From the NCBI GenBank assembly GCA_963733195.1, contig CAVTCR010000085.1:1-22590 (forward strand): a DNA stretch of 22,590 bases, read 5' to 3'. A model generated the notes under the pieces. The model had not been told where the DNA came from, ran no database searches, and saw only the letters and a program-made list of their open reading frames with translations. This document shows, piece by piece, positions 1-9,039 of this stretch. Every line of letters starts with the position of its first letter. Position 1 is the first letter of the stretch. This stretch comes from an uncultured delta proteobacterium. GTDB lineage: Bacteria; Desulfobacterota; Binatia; Bin18. Position numbers and translations under genes: made by a program.

Positions 1-1832
1 CGGTGATCGCCGACCAAGAAGGGATCTACGATGCCAACGATCCCAATGATCGCCTGCTGCTGGGGCTCAAAGGGATTATGAGTGAAGTGGAGTTACAAAC
101 GATGCGCAACCGCTTGGATCGCGGACGGCTCAATAAGGCGCAACGGGGCGAGATGTTTCATAGTGTGCCGATGGGCTACGTGCTGCTGCCCAGCGGGGAA
201 GTGGCCTTTGATCCTGATGAGCAAGCGCGGACGGTCATGCAGTTAGTGTTCGCCAAGTTTGCCGCAGTGGGCAGCTTGTACGGCGTGTTTCACTACTTGA
301 TTGAGCACGATATCCGCCTGCCGGTGCGGGCGCGGACCGGTGCGAACAAAGGGCAGTTAGACTGGCGACGGCCCTCGATTCATTCGTTGGCGCAAACCTT
401 CCACCATCCGATCTATGCGGGTGCGTATGCGTATGGACGCCGCTTACATCTCCCTTCGTCTGCAAGCGGGAGCAGAGAGAAGCGGTCCGGGACGTGGGTG
501 CCGATGGCCGAGTGGAAGGTGTTACTCAAAGACCACCTGCCGGCGTATATCAGCTGGGAGCACTTTCTGGCCAACCAGGACCGGCTGCGGCACAACCAGA
601 ATCGGCCGGGACGCCTGGGCGCGCCGCGCAGCGGCGTGGCTTTGCTGCCGGGGGTGTTAGTGTGCGGCACCTGTGAGCGGCATATGCAGGCGTCATATCA
701 TGCCTCCGGGATCGGCAATTACGCCTGCCATCGGCACTATGTGGAAGCGACCGAGCCCCGCTGTGCGGGCCTTGCGGCGGCGGCGCTTGACGCACTCGTC
801 TCACAGCAAGTGTTACGGGCGTTAGCACCGACCGCGGTCGCCTTGAGTCTCCAGGCCCGACAGGATGTCGAACAGGAGCGCCAGCACCTCCATACGCACT
901 GGCGGCAGCAGCAGCGCCGGGCGCACTACGAGGTGCAGCTCGCGGAGCGGCGCTACCAGACGGTGGATCCGGAGAATCGGTTAGTCGCGGCCAGCCTGGA
1001 ACGCCGCTGGGAAGACGCGCTGCGTCTCGAACGCCACCTTCAAGATGAGTATGACCGCTTTGTTCGGGAAACCCCTACGCACGTCAGTGAAGCCGAGCGG
1101 CAGCGCATTGCCGCGATGGCGGCGGACCTCCCCGCCGTGTGGCACGCGACCGATACGACGAATCGAGAGCGCAAAGAAATTCTCCGCTGTGTGATCGATC
1201 GCGTTGTGGTCCACGTACAGAGTCACAGTGAGTGTGTTGCTGTGACGATTCACTGGGCGGGCGGAGCCACCACGCACCACGAGGTGCGGCGCCCCGTGGC
1301 CACCTATGCCCAGTTGCGCGACTTCGAGCGTCTAATGGACCGCGTCGTGCAATTGCGGCAGACTGGCCACACCACCCAGCACATCGCGGAGTGTCTGAAC
1401 GCCGAAGGCTTTGCGCCGCCCAAACGCACCGGCGCCTTTACCCTGCCCGTCATCTACCAGTTACTCAAACGGCGGGCCTTGATCGGCAATGAACGCTCCC
1501 ATAACGAACTGTTAGGACCGGACGAGTGGTGGTTGACCGACCTCGCCCGCAAACTGGCGATGAGCCACTTGAAACTGCGGGACTGGGCGATGCGCGGCTG
1601 GCTGCATGGCCGCAAGACGCCCCTGCAAGGCCGCTGGATTCTGTGGGCGGACCATGATGAAGTCGAACGGCTACGGCAGTTGCTGACGCAAAGTCATCGA
1701 GGAGTGAATGCTTATACGAGCATACTGAAAACGCCCAAAGCCCTCCCTCAAGCAGCCTCAGCCGTGCCCACCCCTAGGCCAGAGTGAGCTAGAGTTCAGA
1801 TCAATACCAGTAAATAATGGAGACACTATGAC
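1..1832 (+). mobile_element. Right part of a serine-recombinase-encoding mobile element; putative end near CACTATGAC (1824-1832)
   Basis: About 45 bp after the recombinase stop, the sequence switches abruptly into the middle of an HNH gene that has no start codon. The boundary position is inferred. Confidence 0.55.
3..1787 (+). CDS. Large serine recombinase (resolvase tail + recombinase + Zn-ribbon + coiled coil + C-terminal HTH-like region), 5'-partial
   Basis: The ORF is open from the window edge. Motifs: DPNDRLLLGLKGIMSEVEL..R..L..G...KA.RGE (end of resolvase domain), P.GY, HPIYAGAYAYGR and P.YISWE (recombinase domain), LL.G.LVCGTC...YAC...C (Zn ribbon), AERRYQ.VDPENRLVA..LERRW (coiled coil). 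The catalytic Ser lies upstream of the window. Confidence 0.93.
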   Translation: MIADQEGIYDANDPNDRLLLGLKGIMSEVELQTMRNRLDRGRLNKAQRGEMFHSVPMGYVLLPSGEVAFDPDEQARTVMQLVFAKFAAVGSLYGVFHYLIEHDIRLPVRARTGANKGQLDWRRPSIHSLAQTFHHPIYAGAYAYGRRLHLPSSASGSREKRSGTWVPMAEWKVLLKDHLPAYISWEHFLANQDRLRHNQNRPGRLGAPRSGVALLPGVLVCGTCERHMQASYHASGIGNYACHRHYVEATEPRCAGLAAAALDALVSQQVLRALAPTAVALSLQARQDVEQERQHLHTHWRQQQRRAHYEVQLAERRYQTVDPENRLVAASLERRWEDALRLERHLQDEYDRFVRETPTHVSEAERQRIAAMAADLPAVWHATDTTNRERKEILRCVIDRVVVHVQSHSECVAVTIHWAGGATTHHEVRRPVATYAQLRDFERLMDRVVQLRQTGHTTQHIAECLNAEGFAPPKRTGAFTLPVIYQLLKRRALIGNERSHNELLGPDEWWLTDLARKLAMSHLKLRDWAMRGWLHGRKTPLQGRWILWADHDEVERLRQLLTQSHRGVNAYTSILKTPKALPQAASAVPTPRPE

Positions 1833-2075
1833 TGCTACATCGATAACGCGTACAAGGGCCCGAACATCGCCGGTATTGACCCGGAAACTGGACAGCTCAC
1901 CCGGCTGTTTCATCCTCGCCAGGACGAGTGGGGCGCACATTTCGAGTGGAATGGTCCCATGGTGGTCGGCCGCACGGCGATCGGAAGGGCAACCATCGAC
2001 GTACTCAAAATCAACCTCCCCGAACGCGTGGAACACAGAAGGTTACTCCTCGCCAGCGGTATTTTGCTAGGCTGA
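1833..2075 (+). pseudogene. C-terminal half of a small HNH endonuclease, 5'-truncated
   Basis: My translation (not in the ORF track): CYIDNAYKGPNIAGIDPETGQLTRLFHPRQDEWGAHFEWNGPMVVGRTAIGRATIDVLKINLPERVEHRRLLLASGILLG*. This matches the CxxCN..KG....DP.TG....LFHPR...W..HF.......G.T..GRAT...L..N tail of a common HNH family. There is an in-frame stop (TAA 1815-1817) just upstream. Confidence 0.85.
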
Positions 2076-2566
2076 GGGTTGCTATGAGCATCAGCTTCAC
2101 CAAATACTGTGACAGCGCCCGGCAAGACGGGTGCTGTAGGAATTTCGTGCCCGTAGCGCCCGCGACATAAGCTGCCTCTCAGCGTCCTTCCCCTCAGTTC
2201 ACAAGGGGTAAGAGGGGGCACAACGTCCCCCATTCCCAGCCAAGGATCACATAGAGTGTTTCAGATAGCGTGCGGCTTGAAAGTAGGGAACGCACGAGCA
2301 GACAAGCTGCCCATTAGAAAGCCATAAAAGACGCAACGTCCCTTAATTTTCGCCGGGCGGAGTGATCCAATTACGCAAATTAGGCAAGTCTGACATCCTT
2401 ACACACTTCCTGCTATCAAAGATGACAAACAGTGAGAGAACCGAGAGAACATCGCTCATAGTCCTTCAGTAATGTTGTGAGGAAGAAGCCGACGCTGCCA
2501 AAGTAAAGCCCTGACCCCAAATCTGCGGACTGGGCTCCGTCGCGGAGTAAACGGTTCAGGCAGAAC

Positions 2567-2959
2567 CTACCATTTTGACTCGTTTGTCCAGTCCCAGGCG
2601 TGCTCATAAGCTCCTTTAACCATCGTATCAATCCGTTGTCGATACTCCGGATCTGACTTCATTCGCTTCCGATGTTCGACACCACTGTCGTAGAGGTAGG
2701 TGGCAGCGTCGAAGACCGATTCAAGATCGATCGGTCCAATGCCTATTTCGCCAGCCGCGGCCCGCGCCAAACTTTCTTCTGCACTTGCTTCGGAAGATCC
2801 AAAAAGAGTGAAGACGAACCCGATAACGGGCAAGCTTTTCACTAATCTCTTGCCGCCTAGCCTTGCTATGCTTCGTTCTCGGGCAGCACTTGTATTCGGT
2901 CCAGGTACGATTTGACCTGTTTTTAGATCGATATCTGCATCCTTAGCCGAAAGATTCAC
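2567..2959 (-). CDS. 130-aa ORF: probable frameshifted tail of the Rhs/TcC cargo, or a translationally coupled partner/immunity gene
   Basis: Its GTG overlaps the TGA of the upstream ORF (GTGA, 2956-2959). One added base near 2968 would fuse the two as ...PVDPKNGSVNLSAKDADIDLKTGQIV. It contains one hydrophobic stretch (SLPVIGFVFTLFG). Confidence 0.5.
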   Translation of the reverse strand: MNLSAKDADIDLKTGQIVPGPNTSAARERSIARLGGKRLVKSLPVIGFVFTLFGSSEASAEESLARAAAGEIGIGPIDLESVFDAATYLYDSGVEHRKRMKSDPEYRQRIDTMVKGAYEHAWDWTNESKW

Positions 2960-3817
2960 CGACCCATTCTTGGGTCGACAGGCAGTCCCTTTGAAGAGGA
3001 GATCCCTCCTGCCTTGACCTGGTCAAGATGTTCACGAGTCATGTATTCCGACTTTATCTTTGCTTCTTCCATTGCGTCCTGAGCAGCAACTGAAGATTCA
3101 AGAGTGCCGGGGGTCTTCCCTTCTTGATTCGAGCTGTATTTCGTCCAGCATATCCTCGTGCGCTGCATGAAAATCTGTGTCACGGAATGTTCCATCTGGT
3201 GGTCGGAGCCTTTAGCATTCTTTCCCTGAGCTGGCATGGCTTTTATATTCTCAGGATCATTGGCGATATCATTTGGAATGCCAGATGTTTTGTTGTGTCG
3301 GGCTGCTGACATATGAGCCATCTCGTCCCCAGGTTGCGGCTTACCAATACCACTAGGATTTTTCTTCGGACTATTTGCATGCCTCCTTGCTTTAGCTGCG
3401 CCTGCATTTCCTTTCTTTCTTGTATCGACAGGGTTGTCTTGCTTACGCTGTTCAGCCTTTGGAAGTTCAGTTAACTTAGATTCATCGCTTCCGAAACCCA
3501 TTCTGTCTACAAACCTCAAAGGATTTCCCTTGGTAAACGCATACAAATTAGTTCCATCGACCATTCCAGCTCTATCGCAACTTGCCCACCTCCCTAGCCA
3601 CGGCGCATAGTACCTTGCCCCGTGATAGCTAAACCCCGTCTCCTCATCCCGCTCCATGCCCGTGTACCGATACTGCTTCAAGCTCACCTCGGCGGCACTG
3701 CTCATCGCCTGGAACGATGTTGTGCCATAGGGATGGTATTCCTCGTAACTGATGAGTTCTCGGCGCTCACATCTAGTTCTAAACTCGCTGAGCCGAGGTG
3801 ATTGCCAAGCTGAAATC

Positions 3818-3844
3818 GGATTGTGGATTGTGGATTGTGGATTG
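3818..3844. repeat. Heptamer tandem repeat (GGATTGT)x~4 inside the toxin gene
   Basis: Reads ggattgt ggattgt ggattgt ggattg directly; encodes QSTIHNPQS on the minus strand. Confidence 0.95.
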
Positions 3845-4054
3845 ATTCTCGACAGTCTTGGTTTCGACGAGAGCAATACGTTGCTTGTCGTCCATGATGT
3901 GCAGCGTCTCACGCTCCAGCTTCACGGCTACGCTAGTGCCGTTATATTCGCGGTAGATTTCAAAGCCGCCGAGATACAGGCGCTCATGCTTGTGGGTGCC
4001 ATTCTGGGTCTCGATCACCTTACGCACGCGTTGCCCACCGCTTTCATAGACGTA

Positions 4055-5495
4055 CCTGAATCCACGGGTAAGCGTTAGCCAAACTGTAAGTGAGTAAGCC
4101 GTCCGATCGCAAAGTGCCAGACGGCTTGGTAGCGATAGCGATCAGAGAGCATCAAGAAGCAGCGGCGCGCGGTATGGACAATCTTCCCGGCCAAGTTCAG
4201 TAGGTGATGCCGAATCGTCTTGATCGTGGCCTGCTGATACGCTGGCGGTAACACCAAGCGTTTGAACCACGCCAGCAGATTGAAGGCGAGTTGGCCGATG
4301 AGCAAATAGGCCCAATTGGCGTGGAACTTTTGCGTCGGGAGCTTCTCCAAGCCAAAGCCGCTCTTATGCTCCTTAATGGCATTTTCCATCGCCGCATGCT
4401 GGAGGTGCCAAACCACCAGTGCGCGGACAGACCGCACTTCGTCATTGGTGACCGTGGCATGATATTTCCAATACAGCTCCCCCGTCTTGTGCACCGCCAA
4501 CTCGCGTTTCACGACATACCGATACGGCTGTATCCAGCCAGTCGGCTGATAGCGCAGTTCCGCCACCTCCGCCAAGTCATACTCGGGGAGCAGGTGCCAG
4601 CTTTGCTCCGGGAGTGCCGCAATTGCCGCTAGGAGCGGGGCTGTTTGCTCAGCGGTAATCGTAAAAGTGAATCTATGAGCTTCGCACCACTCCACCACGC
4701 TTTTGCTATAGAAGCCACTATCGGCCCGCAGGTACTTGGTGGATGTGGTCGGGACTCGTTTGTAGGTTTCCCGTAAAAACCATACGATGTTGCGGGCAGT
4801 GTACGCACTGCCGCGCCGCAAATGACTGAAGAGCAACTCCCCTTCTTCGGCCCAAAACGCCAACAACGGATGATACCCAATCTCGCCATTGTACGCCTTG
4901 GTCGAGCCCTCTTTGGTAGTCGAGCATTGCTCATAGATGCTAGAGTCCAGATCAATCGTGCAGGTGGTGGACGGCTGGTGCGCCCGCACCCGCTGCTGCA
5001 GTCGTAAGTGCACCCGTTGCAAATCGTACACATCCCCGATGTCGAATTTTCGTAAAAACTCGCCTGCCGTCGTCGGGGCAAGCCTCGTCTCCGCGTCCAA
5101 CAACTCTTGCGTCCCCGGATCGCCGCGCAACACCTCCAGGTCACTCAAATGCGCTCCGCCTATAATCAGATTGTAGACTAACCCACTAATGGCTTGTCCT
5201 TCGCGGTATCCGCGCTCCCGGATTTTCACTCGCAGTTCCTCGTCCAACACACGCTCGACTCCCAAGCGCCGGGCAAAGTCCTGCAGCAGCACCGTACCCG
5301 CGTGGCTGGTGAGTTGCTCCTGACGAAAACAGATGTTGAACTTGCCCACTTTTCCGACTACCTTCGGCTTGTTCACTTGCTGGGTGCCTCCTTCACACGA
5401 AAATGGGGAATACGCAACCACCATTTTTGCCGCGAACGGAGGCACTTTGCTAGCTATGAGAATTGCACCCCTTCTCTATTACCCGTGGATTCAGG
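4055..5495 (-). mobile_element. IS1380-family insertion sequence, 1441 bp, apparently intact
   Basis: Perfect 17-bp terminal IRs: CCTGAATCCACGGGTAA (4055-4071) and TTACCCGTGGATTCAGG (5479-5495). Flanking direct repeat GACGTA at 4049-4054 and 5496-5501. Single transposase ORF. Confidence 0.95.
4075..5376 (-). CDS. IS1380-family DDE transposase
   Basis: Motifs LTSHAG, IDLDSS, YNG..GYHPL, LRADSGFY and MENAIKEHK.G. Likely GTG start at 5376 behind AAGGAGG; the ORF track extends it to 5445. Confidence 0.93.
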   Translation of the reverse strand: MNKPKVVGKVGKFNICFRQEQLTSHAGTVLLQDFARRLGVERVLDEELRVKIRERGYREGQAISGLVYNLIIGGAHLSDLEVLRGDPGTQELLDAETRLAPTTAGEFLRKFDIGDVYDLQRVHLRLQQRVRAHQPSTTCTIDLDSSIYEQCSTTKEGSTKAYNGEIGYHPLLAFWAEEGELLFSHLRRGSAYTARNIVWFLRETYKRVPTTSTKYLRADSGFYSKSVVEWCEAHRFTFTITAEQTAPLLAAIAALPEQSWHLLPEYDLAEVAELRYQPTGWIQPYRYVVKRELAVHKTGELYWKYHATVTNDEVRSVRALVVWHLQHAAMENAIKEHKSGFGLEKLPTQKFHANWAYLLIGQLAFNLLAWFKRLVLPPAYQQATIKTIRHHLLNLAGKIVHTARRCFLMLSDRYRYQAVWHFAIGRLTHLQFG

Positions 5496-8400
5496 GACGT
5501 AATAGGCCGTGCCCCCACCGCCCAAATCCACCTGCTGCAACTGATCTTTCGAGTCCCACACCATCTTCATGTTATTGATGGCGGTGATGCAGCCATGCAC
5601 GTCGTTGCCCTGCGCGTCGGTGTAGGTGTAGGTCTCGTCGAAGTTAGGGCCATTGCCAACCGGTCCTTGTGAGCCGGTTACTCTCCTTGGTCGGTTCGAT
5701 CAGGCTGGCGGCGTCGTATTCGTAGCCGCGCGTCCAACTGCCGCCATTGGCGCTGTGGCGCATGAACTGGAAGTTGCCGACCGCATCGTATTCGTAACGT
5801 TCGTATAGTTACGCATCGCCTGCATATCGTTCGGGTGCGCACGCAGTCCGGCGAAGGGAAAGTCGCGCCGATTGCCATCCGGCAGATTGAAGTCGATGCG
5901 CCGTCTGCCCGATATGCTCGCGTCCTTAGGCTTCGATCAGCCGGTAGATGGCGTCGTAGGTATAGGCGCACACCGGCTGGACCGGTTCGTTGTTGTGGAT
6001 GATGGTCTGTAGCGCGGCGTCTTCGATGCGCGTGATATTGCCCACCGGGTCGTAGGTGTAGTGCAGGTCTTGCACGACTGCCGGATCGGTGAAGAGCTGG
6101 AAGCGAGACCATTCAGCCCGACGGGGCGCGTTGTCCGCAGCCTGGTCAGCCGGAAGGTGAGCGGGTCGTATTCGTAATGGGTCTGCGCGCCGTTGCCATA
6201 GGCGATCAGTTCGCGCTGCCCTTTGGCGTCGTAATCGATGTTGGTCACGAACGGCGTTCTGGCCGCCGCGCCGCGCAGGTTCACATCCACCTTGTCGAGC
6301 AGATTGGCTTCGTTGTAGGTCGGGCGATAGATGCTGTTGTCCGGCGCGGTGACGGCAGTGGGGCCGGTTGAGCGCGTCGTAGGTCGTGCTGCTGGTAAAT
6401 GTGCCGTCGTTCGGATCGGGGTTTTGCTGCCAATCCACGGCCTGCTGATAGTTCGGGCAGCAGTTCGCGCCGACCGCGCAGCAGATTACCCTTGAAATCA
6501 TAGGCTTCGCTGGTGACCACGCCGCCCCGTCGAAGACCTGAAAGACGCGCGTCCGGTGGTTGTTGGCCGCGCCCTGGCCTTCGCCATACACCGTGCGCGC
6601 GTCCAGCCGTTCGACACCGTTCTCCGTCACGAACGTTCCCGTCGGGCGGCGCAACGCGTCGTAGAGTGATGCGCCGCAGGAAGCCCCGGCTGTCCCAGGC
6701 GTAGATCGGCTTGCCAGCCACATCGTTCAGCATCCAGCGCTCGCCCGCCTCCATGCTGGCCTGGTGGATACGGTTTTTCGCTATGTCCTCGTCTTTCCCC
6801 GGCCCAGTCATGTCATAGTCATAGCGCATAACGACGCGATCTCTCGCATCGATGACTGCGCGCTGGTTGCCTTCGATGTCGAAGCTCGATACGGGTCGTA
6901 GTACTTTTCCTCTAGTCGTTTCGATGGTATTGTCCGGCTATCTTACGCTTAAACTTGTTGTGAGCAATTGTAAAGAAAGTACGACCGAGTGTAGTCGGCG
7001 TGGGCGACAGTTGGCGTTTCCGCGTGGACAGCCGCTTTGCGGGCGGCATCTTGTTCCTGTGGACCAAGCGCACCACCGTGGCGCTGTGCGTGCCAGGTGG
7101 GTAAGTAGTCAGTATCCAGCAGCTGGCGGAAGAAGTCACCCACGTCAGGGTCGTTCTTCGGATCGGTCTGCAGCACCGAGTCATTCGCATCCCACGTCTC
7201 CTGGCGCCAGGGATCAAAGACGACTTTCTCATAGGTGTGGTTGGGATGAAGCGTACAGACTACCTGTCCGGTAGGGTCATAGAATAACGTGGGACTCACG
7301 CCGTGTTGCTCAATACCATGGCGGTGATCAGTGCTGAAGAACGGCTCAAACTGCCGCACTGCTTTCCCTTTATTGTTGTATACCGTCGTCCCAGTGCCCA
7401 CCCAGCGCGGACTGACCACCGGACCGCCTTCGATCACCGGTCCGGGCTCAGCCTGGATCTTCTTCTGGATCTCCCGCCGAAGCCGTCGGAGTAGGAGAAG
7501 CTGACCTGCAACTTGGAGTGTTCAGCGGGCGCCAGATCGCTCATATGTGTTTCGCGCGCGATGGTAGCGGCGAACGGCGGTTCACCCAGGCGGCGGAAGC
7601 GGTCAAGGTCATACACGATGCGCGTCGTTGCGTGCTTCAGCAGGTCGCGCACGATCTCGGTGACTTCGCTTTCCTTCGGGTCAGCTGATGGTCGTCGCGG
7701 TTGCGCGATGAATACATCCAACTCCGCTTGTGTCAGATCAGAAGCAAAATTTGCCAGCGAATCGCCTTTCGGGTGACCGTCCGGCTCATTCTCTTTCCCC
7801 ATCACCGCCGTGCCGACCACCAACCCCAGCACGTCGAAGGCAACCTGACTACGGTTACCATTGGGGTCGGGCATAGTAGAGGGCTGCAGGACTCGGTAGT
7901 CGTTGGTGGCGGACATCACATTGGTCAGGGGAGCAGGAAGCGCATCCCTGACTGTTTCCATCAACAAGGCGTACACGTCAGATTCGGAGATAGTGACATT
8001 GCCGAACGGGTCCTGGGCACGGGTAGCCTGAAAGAATTTCTGCGCGTCGAAGCTGGCGCGTCCTGCCGGTATCCACCAGTACTCGGCGATGCCCCCGTTG
8101 CCTTCTGCGGTGGGCTGATTCGGATGGGGATGATACCCACCTTCCTCTGCCAGATTGATGCCCACTGTGCGCCCTTGATAGACGTGCTGCAACAGCGCGT
8201 TGGTGAATGCCGCCTGGTAGGCCTCATAGGGCAAGGCCAACGACTCGACCTCGCCTAGCGGTAAGCGATGGGCGAGAGTGACGACAGGGTCAAGCTGATC
8301 CGGATCGGCATCCGCCCGGTAATAGGTGCGTGTCCATTCGATGATCCGCCGGCGCACCTCTGTGTCCGTCTCGGCACGTGTCCATTCATAGGGCATGAAA

Positions 8401-9039
8401 GACTGCGTATCGACCGCGATTGACGAGTCCAGGATTCCTGCAAACTGCTGCGCCCCGAAATGGGGCTGGCCGAACTGCCAGTGCATGCCGGTAATGTCAT
8501 AGGTGCGGGTTTGGCACGGGAGGCTGGCATAATAGTAGGCTGGCGTGGTTTCCGTGGGAGCATGGTACGTATTAATGAAATCTGTCCGGGTATAGACCAT
8601 GTGGGTTTCGCCTTGTTCAGGCAACCCATCGGGTACCACCCGTCGTGGATAGCCGATGGCCACACTGTCGGTGACATTGCCGTGGTCGTCAATCCCGAGG
8701 GTGAGCGTGTGACTGATGCGCGGATCGGCAGGATTGCGCTCGTAGTGATAGCTGAGGGTCTCCAGTGGCGTGGTGAGATAGACCGCGTGGGTGTTCCCGT
8801 TCTTGGGCTGGAGAGCGTGCACCCGGTACCGGTTCTCCGTAACCACATACGGGTGATCGGCTTTGTCCGAAGTGTCGCGTCCGTAGACTTCGGTACGCAG
8901 CGTCGCGCCGTGCAGCGCTCGATACGCCTCATGGGGTGTGGAACCAAGTCCTTCAGTGCCGTCGGCCTGAACAAACACATGGTCGTCAAGGGCAAAGGCG
9001 TCCGGGTCGCCCTGGTAGTATTCGCGGCGGTACTGGCGC

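Noticed and set aside
1828-2233. Track ORFs 1828-2070, 1928-2170, 1758-2036 and 1910-2233
   Set aside because: These are shadow or alternative frames; the coding signal is the HNH frame 1833-2075.
2160-2345. Possible CRISPR or attC-type array
   Set aside because: Only two short motif pairs with unequal spacing; no regular repeat-spacer structure and no cas or integron integrase gene.
2416-2631. 71-aa ORF as an immunity gene
   Set aside because: It overlaps the preceding ORF by 65 bp and has no RBS or recognisable features.
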